Assembly (NCBI GenBank): GCA_002269645.1
Contig: NIVC01002862.1
Span: 1-55,487 of the forward strand
Source: Macrostomum lignano
Lineage: Eukaryota
Length of the DNA: 55,487 bases
Direction of reading: 5' to 3'
Shown: positions 24,190 to 34,508 of the stretch, piece after piece
Position numbering within the stretch: position 1 is the stretch's first letter
How the letters are laid out: every line of letters starts with the position of its first letter
Made by a program: the position numbers and the translations under genes
The notes under the pieces: model-generated
Told to the model about the DNA's origin: nothing
Seen by the model: only the letters and a program-made list of their open reading frames with translations
Databases searched by the model: none

Positions 24190-24900
24190 CTCTTTTTGGT
24201 TAGTATAAATAGACGTGAATTCAGCGCCCAGAGAGGCAACCGAGTTTTTGGTTCAACGCTATCTGCCTAACAAACTGAATAAGCGAATTTTACTTAAGCC
24301 TTCCTTATTTGTCAAGAATAAAGAGCAAATGCTCATTGGCTAGGTAGAAATTACCAAAAGCTTAAGACGATCAGTCTAAAAACCAATAGCGGAACCACGA
24401 ACAGTAAAGGCATAGAGAGCCCATTGGAGAGGGAGAAATATCCCAATAGAACCATTTGAACTGAACAGCCAATGGAAAGTTGTATATGACAAGAGCAAAT
24501 CCATAAGAGGAAACTGAAATTCACCGGGCATTCGGGCAACCTTGATCCATTGAAGGGCACTGCTTTAGGACTTAGTCACCCTCTCTCCCCTAGCTAACCA
24601 GTGTCTTGCCGCTCGGGCACTGTGCACTACCAGGGCGATCCATGCTTATGTGAAAGCCCATAATCTTAATTCCGTGACACCATATTTTAGTAGTTTATAA
24701 CGAATCTGATGGCTAATCTTATGAAATTCTAGAATTATAGCAAATTTCACCCCAGTACAACTTGGTAGCAGCAGTGAAATTATGAATAAGCATAAGAATT
24801 ACCTACAACAACTTGGTGTCAGCTATTAGGATAAAGTTTTGAACCTTAGAGCACTACCACAACTTGGGGGCAATTGTAGGATTCCCAACTTAGCTTAATT
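24190..24900 (+). mobile_element. Unclassified repeat 'family X'-related copy in the opposite orientation
   Basis: GTATAAATAGAC...GAGAGGCAACCG...AATAAGCGAATTT parallels the reverse complement of 23230-23310. ACAACTTGG subrepeats at ~24757, ~24808 and ~24859. Confidence 0.45.
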
Positions 24901-25743
24901 ACCCCTCCTACACGGCCATACTAGGCTATTAGTAAAGTATACTACAGCCTATTTATACTTATAATTAGGATTTAGGCCATGTGCTGATGTGCAAAGGCCT
25001 ACCTAAAAGTAGTCTAATATTTGCAACAATAATTATTAATTAATATTATTATATAATTGCATTGATTAGGCCTAGGGGCCTATAATTAAATCTATTAATT
25101 ATTGCCAATATTATTTATTATTTTTAGGTCTATTTCTGCTTCTTTATTGTCAAAGGTCTAACATCACATTACAAAGTTAGGCCCACTTGTGTTTTGACTG
25201 TGAGGGAAGTGTCTTGAGCTATACTTTAAGCTATATTAATATTAGGCCTTGCCATTGCTGCTGCCTTTGCAGTGTTGCATTTTAATTGGTTGTATTTTAT
25301 TTAGAGGAAATTAAAATTATATCTAGAAATATAGCATTCAATTCAAGAATCTGTTAATGTATAACTACTCTAAAAGACCCCATTATCAATCAAAAATGAA
25401 TGTCATAATCAATCAATCAATCTTATATGACCGGCCAAATCTTCGGTTCTCGGTTCAGTTCCGAAATTTAAATTATTTCACTCCGGATTGCGTCTAAATA
25501 GTTAGTGTATAAACAAAGTAAAAACATTTTTGCTTCAATTGCACCTAAAAATAAATAAAAAAACATTGAAATTGCAATTAATCTTTAAATTATATTATTT
25601 TTTAATGATAATTTTACATTTTATTGTAATTTTTTCGTTAGTAATTTTAGCGCGCAAATAAAACTTATGCACGTATATAAAATTCAAAAGCACATCCATG
25701 CTTTCGAAGACCGAAGTCCTTTGAAAATACACTAAGGCAAAGG

Positions 25744-25916
25744 CAGTGGCGCAACCGCCTCCCGCCCCCCCCCTCTTTTAGGCGGAGACCCAAAAAAATC
25801 AAATGGGGACCAAGCGAATTTGTGCCAAAAACAGAGCCACCCCTCCGCCCCCCTCCCGTGACTTTATACCCTCCAGAATCCGCCCCCCCCTCAAAAAATT
25901 TCTGGTTGCGCTACTG
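25744..25916. mobile_element. 173-bp MITE with 13-bp TIRs (CAGTGGCGCAACC / GGTTGCGCTACTG)
   Basis: One mismatch between the TIRs and no clear TSD. A related right end (ACCCTCCAGAATCCGC...AAATTTCTG..GCGCTAC) recurs at ~27436-27482. Confidence 0.6.
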
Positions 25917-26957
25917 AAAGAAAGTTTCCTTACACACCCTCTCTTCAATATAAATTTATAATTATATTATATTTCAATTTCAATACAATATAATACAAAA
26001 CAATTAGTTGAAACAAGTTACTTCATATATAGTCCCAGGTAATTTTTTTCTAGTCTTAAGAGTAACTAAAAACTAAAACAAAGTTCATGCATCTACGCGT
26101 AAATATTTAAAAACATCATTATAGTGTGACAGTTTGGCTCAGCAAAAGAAATTTGAGCATGACTTTTATGCTTACATTTTATTCTTGAGGTTACATTTTC
26201 AAAGAGTGATGAATTAAATATCTTTTTTTAATTATGTAATTTTATAAGTCAAACTCTCACACTATAATGATGGTATTAAATAGATATTATAAACAGTGTA
26301 TAGTGTATCGTTTTTATACCAGCGGAAATAATCTGAGCAAATTTTCTGCATTATTTTTGCTCACATCTTAGCGATAAAAAGGATGCATCGTGCGTTAAAT
26401 AGAAAAGAAAACTACTTTTTGGATATTTCATAATAACTTGTGCATTGCGTCATTTGCAGTCGTACATTTTGAAGGCTTTGCAGTAGCTATACATGTAATA
26501 TATTCGTATATCCAAACCAAAGATACTAGCTAGAATAACTACTTGAAGTAGATGGGCCACTCAGGCACATATAGTTTGTAAAACGTCTGCTTTCTACTTT
26601 CAGTTCAGTAGCAATGAAGAATACATATGGTATTTTATATGTACCATCTTTTCTTTCTATTCTGTCCTATATATATATCCAGATAGCTGCAGCAGGTATA
26701 AATATACTACTCGTATATTAACAGATTCATATAATATATACCTGCAGCTTTTCACTTGCTATGCAATGAACTTTGTTTCTTGCTTAAATTCAAAGCTTGC
26801 CTAACGCATAATGTTTAGATTTAAGGTTTTCTTTGTCGATTTTTATGGTGTGCTCTACGAAAAGCAAGAAACTACATATGCGTGCACCACATGTGAATAT
26901 AGCGGCTTCTAAACCGTGACCTTACTCTTCACTCTGCATTCACAAAACCATAACAAC

Positions 26958-27220
26958 TTTTAATTTTACTTTTTACTTTTAAGGTCTTCCTACCGTCCAG
27001 GCAGGAAGACCGTAAAACCGTAAAGACGGTCTCTGACTGTTTCTACCCTGGCTGCCTCTCTGGTAGCTTGTCTTAGGGTTGTGCGCAATCCGATTGGCCT
27101 GGCTTCGGCTAGCCATGGACTCCTAGATTCACGCAGGAGTGGAGTCTTGTACCGTAGGTTTAGGTTAGTAGCACCAATACTCCATGTTCTCACCAGAGTC
27201 CTGAGCTCTGGTCCCAATCG
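26958..27220 (-). mobile_element. Degenerate 3' end of an RTE-like non-LTR retrotransposon
   Basis: The minus strand ends in a 9-bp stem-loop (GGTCTTCCT/AGGAAGACC, 26983-27011) followed by an AAAAGT-type repeat tail. The translation RPIGLRTTLRQ...VRDR...LPGR*ED loosely follows the RTE C-terminal RPxGRPxTTWR...QDR...ED pattern. Confidence 0.4.
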
Positions 27221-28051
27221 TGGCCTCTCGGGCTACATGCCCCTGGTGGTATGGCCCACTGACAGATCCCTGCGGTAGAGCCCCCTTCGGGCTGATCCGC
27301 GGTAAGCCGCAGGCTTTCCACCCCCGTTTAAGAAGGAGAACAACTTTTGACAGTCAAATTGACAAATTGACACCTCAGCCGCGAACAAGTCTGCTCCTTT
27401 TTCGAGTTATTCGAAGGACCCCTCAAGATGCAAGTACCCTCCAGAATCCGCTCCCCCTCAGCAAATTTCTGCTAGCGCTACTACTGGCGTATATATGGCA
27501 GTTGCCGCTCCAGGGTTACGAGCTACAGGAGTTACAGGAGGGATGGAAAAGACGGCATGAAGAATAATAAAAACAATTATATCAACGAACCACTACGAAC
27601 GAAACTTGCATTTGAAGTTTCGGTTTCATTTGTAAACGTGATTCTTAAAATCCTCACTTTTCATTATAGGTGGTCGTTTTATATTTTTGGAGTCTACTCA
27701 AGCTGGTTGCGGATGGCTGAAAAGTATAGAGTTAGGAACCAAAAAGCATGGTTCCTTTTGTAACAATTGCTCATTACACAACACCAAAAAGGTACACTTC
27801 ATCATCGCAGAAGTTATCAGAATGTTATGCTCTTTAAACTTTAAACGATTTGATGCTCTGTTTAGTAGCAGTAGCGTTAATACTTTTCAAGACAAAAGTT
27901 TGCTCCAGCGGACAGCAACATCAGTTTCATGACAATATAACTTTTATATACTCGTAATAATATTTAAAAGATCTAAGACAAATACATGTACAAAGCAGAA
28001 AAGAATGATCATAAATGTAAAGCGGTGCATAATGTCGTGTGTTCTATGTGC

Positions 28052-28883
28052 TCAATAAAGGGCAGCGATGTTTCTTCTTGCAAAATTAACATCTTCAGAA
28101 GTGTAGGCTAGGCGGAAGTTTTGCCTAGTCACCAAGTGCTCATCGTCAATAGGCAAATAGGCCTTGTAACGCACAGCTACTTCGCTGACTAGTGAGATCG
28201 CCTCGAGCCACAGGTTCGGCTTGATGCTGACAAGAACGGAGGTTTGCAGGCCCCAGGCTGGCAGTTCGTTGAATTCGAGCAAGTACAATCTGAGCTTTTC
28301 GTCCACCAATAGGTCCACGCCAAGGATGCGAAAAGTGCTGGTGCGACAATTTCGGTCGTCCATATGGGTGCGATACACAGCCGCGATGTAGCCGAGAATG
28401 GCGCCCACCTTCGGGTACAGAACGTCCTTCGCCCAATCCTTGCAATTAGTGCGTCGCCTCTTGTTGAGATAATCGTTTAACTCATCCGGATACCAAGTCG
28501 TCACTTCTTTCAAGCGTCGGAAAGTGTCCACTTTTTTCGCTTGGATGCTCTGATTGGTAAGGTGCACAGCGATGTCGGCATGCTCGGGATCGTAGGGCTC
28601 TGAGCAGAGCCGGATGAAGCCTGGATGATGGAAGGCGAAGTAGCCGGACTGTTTGGGCCTGTCGCCCGTTCCGCTGCCGCGCTTCGGATTCACAACAAGC
28701 ATGTAGACGCGCATGTCGAATTTGCGCTTGTCAATTAGCAGCGGTCGTTCGATATATTGCTGCAGAATCACCTGGGAGCGGTGCATGTGTGTGAATTCGC
28801 TGGACAAGAGGAAGCTGAGTAGGTCCTCCTGGACTCGATTGCTGCGAATTCGAACCAGCTGCATGTGTTCGCCCATGCTGCCA
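28052..28883 (-). CDS. TTLL10: TTLL10-like tubulin glycylase, last exon (ATP-grasp core)
   Basis: QQYIERPLLIDKRKFDMRVY, GFIRLCSEPYDP...HLTNQSIQ, KDW and LGVDLLVD...LLEFNELP match remembered TTLL10 motifs. ttccgtAG acceptor, phase 2. Confidence 0.85.
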
Positions 28884-29313
28884 CTACGGAAATTAATAGT
28901 AAAAATTGGGATGTTTCACATTACATCAGATGTTTCTCTATTACACCCGGGTTGTGAAATACTAATAGGGACCCATAAATTCACAATCCCCAAACTTCAG
29001 CATCCAATCCAAATTCACAAACTTCTATGTGATGCAACTTAATGAGGCTAAAACTTGACATTCAAAAAATTTTAATGCAATTAATTTATGATGCAGCCTC
29101 CGGAAATGTATGCGCAACGTCCATTTGTGTTGTAATTTGTATCGAAAGAGCTTTTACGAGCTACAAGAAATTTGGGGATTGTGAAAGCACCACGTAAAAA
29201 TGACTGTTATGACTTAATACATGTAGCTAGTAACTAACCAAGACTTATTTTATACTGTACAATGTGTTTTTACAGTACATAGCTACAATGGCTACAAATG
29301 AACTGCAACTTAC

Positions 29314-29350
29314 CGAGCAGGCTTAGCTAAGTAGACCCCAGGCTGACTTG
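29314..29350 (-). CDS. TTLL10: TTLL10-like 37-nt micro-exon (A)SQPGVYLAKPA(R)
   Basis: ttacAG and GTAAGT boundaries; phases 1 and 2 join both neighbouring exons in frame. Supplies the equivalent of the W-I-x-K-P motif. Confidence 0.8.
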
Positions 29351-29443
29351 CTGTAATTTTTTCGTCAAAAATATACTTTTTTTTGAGACATACAAGCTAT
29401 ACACAAGAATGCTACAAAAGTTATATTTGGATAACTTTCTCAC

Positions 29444-29656
29444 CCAGATCATTCTCCAGATTAGGACTGTTTAGGTTAATGGTATTCGGTATGAACTCTT
29501 GCGGGCTGAACAGATTGCCCGAGCCGGTTAAAAAGCTTTGATGATGCTGCTGCATCCTCTGATCGGCAATGCGGAGGGACTGCACCAGCTGCCACTTGCT
29601 GCACATGCTGTACATACGGCTGACGAATGGTTTCATGATCATGTAGCTGGGACCGC
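29444..29656 (-). CDS. TTLL10: TTLL10-like internal exon
   Basis: CSKWQLVQSLR and QEFIPNTINL correspond to TTKIGLLSTLR and EEFFPETYRL. cacgcAG and GTGAGA boundaries, phase 1/1. Confidence 0.8.
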
Positions 29657-29979
29657 CTGCGTGAGCAATTGAATTTGAAGTTCTAACTCTACCGCAAAGA
29701 ATCCATAGGAATCGATGCAGCAGATGAGAGACAGGGTATGGAATAGGAAAGCGTCTCAAAAGAAGATGGGATCTGGGTGAGGAAAGTCTTTCCGGTTGTG
29801 TATGCAGATCTAGATAAGAAAAATCTCATAGGGGAAACAGGATCAGGACGAGGAAAGTGTCTCATGTGAGATATGATCGTAGGGAAGAAAAGTCTCAACA
29901 GGAACTGGGATCTGGGAAGAGAACAGTATATCAACAGGAGATGGGATCTGGAGGTCCTAAAATGAAGTTATCAACTCAC

Positions 29980-30149
29980 TGGGCGGATCAGTACCCTTGG
30001 AAGTGAGCAGCGCCCAGTTCAGTTTGCTCTCCTCCGGCACTATGCAGTCGGCCATGCTCTCGTCAACCTTGGTGAAGCCGAGGCTCACAATGGTCCGTTG
30101 CAGTCTGTGTGCGTGGGAATTCAGTGTAAGGATTGGTGCTATCTTCAGT
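29980..30149 (-). CDS. TTLL10: TTLL10-like upstream exon (LKIAPILTLNSHAHRLQRTIVSLGFTKVDE...KLNWALL...DPP)
   Basis: The GTGAGT donor at 29979 is phase 1 and matches the next exon. The frame is open up to an in-frame stop at 30152-30154; the exact acceptor (30149, 30142 or 30138) is uncertain. Confidence 0.65.
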
Positions 30150-31810
30150 CTTCACAGAAAATAATCTCTGGTAAAGGGGGGTTGCCAACTTGGTCCGAAA
30201 AATGAAAGCGGTTGTCATTGGGGCGGTTTCTCTGACGGATCCCACTATTGGACTAAGCAATGACTTTAAAATCATCGAAGATCCCATCTTTTTGTGCCTC
30301 ACGTGGCAGCACCAGAGGAATTCATAAAGGGAAAATGGGAGCCTTATGTCAATTTGCAGTAGGCGCGTGTCTGACTCTCGCGCAACGGCCCCTGATTCTA
30401 TTTCGTGCAAGGCCAAATTGATTTGGGACTTTTGATAACAAAAATTAGCCCAAGAGGCCAAACTCTCAAGGCACAGAGGTTGTCAGCACATGCCTGACGA
30501 CTAGAAAGTCAGAGCTGTTGTACACCCTGTGCCTGCGTACGGTATTGGCGCGCTTGCATGTGCTTAGGAGTCAGCGGAATGGGCAGAGCTGCCTCACCGC
30601 TGATTGTGGGACGATGCTGCCGAAGGCGCTGCGCCAGGGTGCCAACAACTCTCCTGCGAATAATTATTTTAGCTAGGCTCCGCATCTCACCGACCAGCCG
30701 GTAACTTGTCAAGCCAAGATGTCCCATCCGCGTCACTCCCTATCTAGAGTGTCAATATTCATGAAATGCTACTGTAAGTAGACTAATGCAAACATGCGCA
30801 GCAAAACTTAAACTGTGAGTCAGGTTACTATTTATAACGCAAAGAAGAACCATATATTTATAACTAAAAGATGAATCATGTTGCTATTTCACAAAAATTA
30901 CCTATAAATACGCTAAGGGGTCCGTACAAGGGGTCCGAAGCGAACCGGAGCATTAGATCCTTTCAGAGAGAAGAAGAGCTCCGAAGAGGAAGCCGGCAAG
31001 AGGCTTCCTTCAGACCAAGTCAACCAAGACTCGGCTGAGTTATTTGCGGTAAGCCTTACTCATTTGCGCTAGTTGTCGAGTCGACTCAAGAGTGATATTG
31101 TGACTGAGTCTATTTGAGACTCCATTGGTAATAGTCTCCAGAAGGACTACCCTGATAGCCTCGAGAATACTATCAGTGATTACCGGAGCTATACCTAGAG
31201 TGGATTAATCCACTGCTAGAAGGAGTAGACTTTAAAACCGCAGCGCAGCGCAGGGATCCCCATTGTTGATTCGAAGCTTCCTAGTGGTCCGAACGACAGA
31301 TACCGGCCGGAAAAGACTTCGTTGGAAGTAAAAAGGAACCTGGACCGGAACAACTAAATCAAGACGTCTGAACTGATTGAGACCGAGAACTATACGCACC
31401 GGAAGAGATCTTCTGATCAGGACTCAAGGTAATAGATACCTTCCTTTGATTACAGGGTTGCCTAGCAGTAGCTAGAAGTGATTGTTCCTTGATTACTAAG
31501 AAAGTCTTGGTAGTAAGGAACACATCACCTATTGCTCCCCAGTGGGATGAATGGGATAAAATAGAGTCTTGTATCAACTAGATGCTCTAAAATAGACCTA
31601 AAGTTCGCGCAGAATCTCTCAGGATCGCACACTACCGCGGAAAAAATCACAGTTGCTCAGAATGTTTCTACTAGTCTATTGTCATTCTCAGATTAAAGTT
31701 CGAGGATGTCAGCCCCAGTCTAACATTCAATTATCTGATCATTGACCATAGCTTTCTCGTAAGTGTCCCAACTACTTAAAAGCAGAGTTCAAGAAGACTC
31801 TAGAACGTAC

Positions 31811-32070
31811 CTAGCAGCGCTGGTTCTCAATTTAACACTATCCATATTGGCCGCCTGTATCGAGTAGCCAATGCTGTGTGCATACATTTTCTTGAATATG
31901 GCGCTCTTATCTTCTAGTGGATACGGTGTCGACAAAATCGGCGGTGAGCTGCTGATTGTAGCGGCTTCCTCCAGTGATGACTCGCTGGTTGAACTGTTCC
32001 CGACAAGCTGGGTGCTGCTGCTGCTGTTATTTTTGTCGCCAATGGGGATCGATGCTTTTTTATCCGACAT
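31811..32070 (-). CDS. Candidate first coding exon (MSDKKASIP...LRTSAAR), possibly of the TTLL10-like gene
   Basis: ATG at 32070, Ser-rich ORF, AG|GTACGT donor in phase 2, compatible with the phase-2 acceptor at 30149. The link is inferred from phase only. Confidence 0.4.
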
Positions 32071-32663
32071 TATTGGCAGATGTGCAATAATAATAACTGT
32101 AAATTTACTATAACGTTGACTATGCAATATGAGCCGGTGCTGTCAAGATTATTCCGCAGATTCTCTAAGCAACATTAAACTGGTCTATGGTTGAAACCCT
32201 ACGCAAAAAGCATTCGAGTTCCAAACATAGCAATCGGATTGGACTATTAAGCTGCGGCAATTCTTCAAATTAGCCTTAGTTTAGCTGTCATGTTGACTTT
32301 GGTCACTAAAGCATACATAGTAAAGTACTGTATAAACTAAAATAATATTGCGTGCTCGGTAAATATTTTCGTTGAAATCAACTAAATTCCAAAGTTGGTA
32401 AGAAACGTTGGAGTCAGATAAAGTTGCTTCCTCAACAATTTACGAGCTCGTATATCAGCCTTCCAGTTTTTACTGGTGACATCTTATCGAACAGTTGTTT
32501 GATAGCTGCTACCTGTAATTCTACCCTTGAATCGCGGGTCGTCTCAATGCCTAAGCATTCATGCCAATAGATTGTTAATTAAGACTATAAATGACAGGAC
32601 AACAAAGATCTCCAATGGTTCAGCAAATTACAGTTCCATTGGTTTATAGTTTTAGAAAATGAG

Positions 32664-33011
32664 CTATGGGGATATCTCGAGTTCAAAATTAAAGTTTTGC
32701 ATGCATTTCGAAGCTCTGATGTATGTCAGTTGCGGGTAGGGGTCGAGATAGGTGACGAGCGAGTCACCAATGCGGTACTTTATCACCGCGCCGGCCTGGT
32801 TCGTCCAGGCGACCTGTGGCTGCGGGCATCAGGTCACCAGAGCCTGCGGAACGGTCACCCCATCCGTTCTGACGCTGCAGGCACCCTACCGCTAAGAACA
32901 GTCGAGTACTCGGCGTTTCCTGATTGAAATCGACGACACACTGACACTCGGTCGGGACTCTGCTCACATGTTTGCACCCAAGCACAGAGGCTACTGTTTG
33001 GTAAAATCCAA
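32664..33011 (-). CDS. Candidate two-exon coding segment (33011-32890 and 32819-32664): GFYQTVASVLGCKH...CQCVVDFNQ...RLFLA/PQVAWTNQAGAVIKYRIGDSLVTYLDPYPQL
   Basis: GC3-rich codons and a 70-nt GTAGGG...CCGCAG intron that joins the two frames. Parent gene unknown. Confidence 0.35.
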
Positions 33012-33236
33012 CTGACGGTCTCACGTTTGTTTGTTTGTTTTTGCTTTTCAAAATCCCAAAATATGTTTATGACACGAAGGCTTGCATTATTTATTTTTAT
33101 TGGCACATTTGAAGTTTAATTACGGCATTGTTACTTAATGATAAATTTTGGAAGTAAAAATTCTACATTTCTAAAGCCCATTTGGCAGTGTGGCTTTTAT
33201 GCAAGCTGCACAAATTTGTAGCCTTTTGAATACTAT

Positions 33237-33422
33237 CTACTGAGTACTTGATGCCACACTAGACGCCACGGGAGATGCTGGCAGATAAAACCCAGAGAAT
33301 CCCGTGCTGGCTTCATCTGAACTGTTGTTGAGCTCTCGAAGACCATTTGACGTCGCCACCTGGTGTGGATCTGAGTACGTCGCTTTGCGCTCCTCATTTC
33401 GTATGCTTCCATATTTGGTCAC
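33237..33422 (-). CDS. Single-pass membrane protein, cytoplasmic-tail exon
   Basis: ccccacccCAG acceptor in phase 0, compatible with the donor at 34075. Ser-rich with Tyr motifs; ends at TAG. Confidence 0.5.
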   Translation of the reverse strand: MTKYGSIRNEERKATYSDPHQVATSNGLRELNNSSDEASTGFSGFYLPASPVASSVASSTQ

Positions 33423-33819
33423 CTGGGGTGGGGAATTGTGTGTTGTTTTTCAGTTATTGAAAAAACACAATGAAAAAAAACAAAAGATCCACCTGCTACC
33501 TGCCAATTTTACGATTAATGGGTCTGAACAAACTGTACATTGATTTGAGTAATCTTAAAAAACGTTACAAAATCTGTCTCGGTAATTTGAAAATAGGTCT
33601 ACATAATTTTGAGGTGCGTAAGTTTCATCTCCGACTACCAGTGCATACTGCACTGTTGGGAAGCACTCGAGGCCAGATATAGACCCCCCCCCCCCTATTT
33701 CAGTTATTTTGAATCCTAGCTTGGGCGCTACCGCAAATCAAGGCAACAGTTGACCTGCAGCGAGGAGGGGAGCAGTCAGGCCCATTCCCCTGAGCCCTGA
33801 GCATTGCAAAAGCTCACAC

Positions 33820-33925
33820 AGGATGTACAGGATGTAGCTTCGGGGGTCAAATCGAAAAATTTTGAATATTTCAAGCAATGCAAAGCGGCCTGTACCGCTG
33901 AGCTGAGCTACCCTGTCCCGACAAA
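33820..33925 (-). mobile_element. Decayed tRNA-derived SINE head (tentative)
   Basis: The minus strand has GGGTAGCTCAG..GCGGTACAG (A-box-like) and a poor TTTTCGATT B-box. No cloverleaf. Confidence 0.3.
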
Positions 33926-34075
33926 GGTATAGATATGCAGGTCATTTTTCTCGGCTAGCACTTGATCGATAAAATCGGGAAACGAGCGTACAAGCAAATA
34001 TTTATAAGTATTAATAAGTAAATATTAATAAGTAAGGAACATGATTAAAACACTTTGCAATAAATAGTATGTTAC

Positions 34076-34383
34076 CTGTACTTTCCCCGACCCGCCGACC
34101 GCAGCTGTCCCAGATGTCACGTCAGCAGCGGCTGATGCCGCGGTTGTACATGTAGCGGGCACCAGCTCCGGGTCCCGGTTGTGTTCTTTGCAGCAGAGTT
34201 GCCACACAGTCAGAGTGAGACAGGCTGCCAACAGGAATAAACTTCCACCGAATATGCAGCCGCTGATACAGGCCTTGTCGCAGTCGCCTAGCAGGCAGTA
34301 CTGCGGCTGATGACACGGCTGGCAGATTGGCAGCCAGCACTGCGCCTCGTGCAGACTGGATGGTGTTGAGTTAGCCAGCTCAA
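34076..34383 (-). CDS. Single-pass membrane protein, Cys-rich ectodomain plus TM exon
   Basis: CWLPICQPCHQPQYCLLGDCDKAC followed by hydrophobic ISGCIFGGSLFLLAACLTLTVWQLCC. cactcAG acceptor (phase 1) and CAG|GTAACA donor. Confidence 0.6.
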
Positions 34384-34508
34384 CTGAGTGCAATTTTTAA
34401 GGATCGGATATGCCTTTCTAGCACAGTATATGACGCACTGCCTGATACTGCTAACACTGCACCACAAGAAAAGCTTTCATATTTCAATTCTGCGCTGGGC
34501 ACGCAGTT

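Noticed and set aside
27070-27082. Telomerase-template-like AACCCTAA on the minus strand in the structured island
   Set aside because: Only 8 nt and no other telomerase RNA element recognised.
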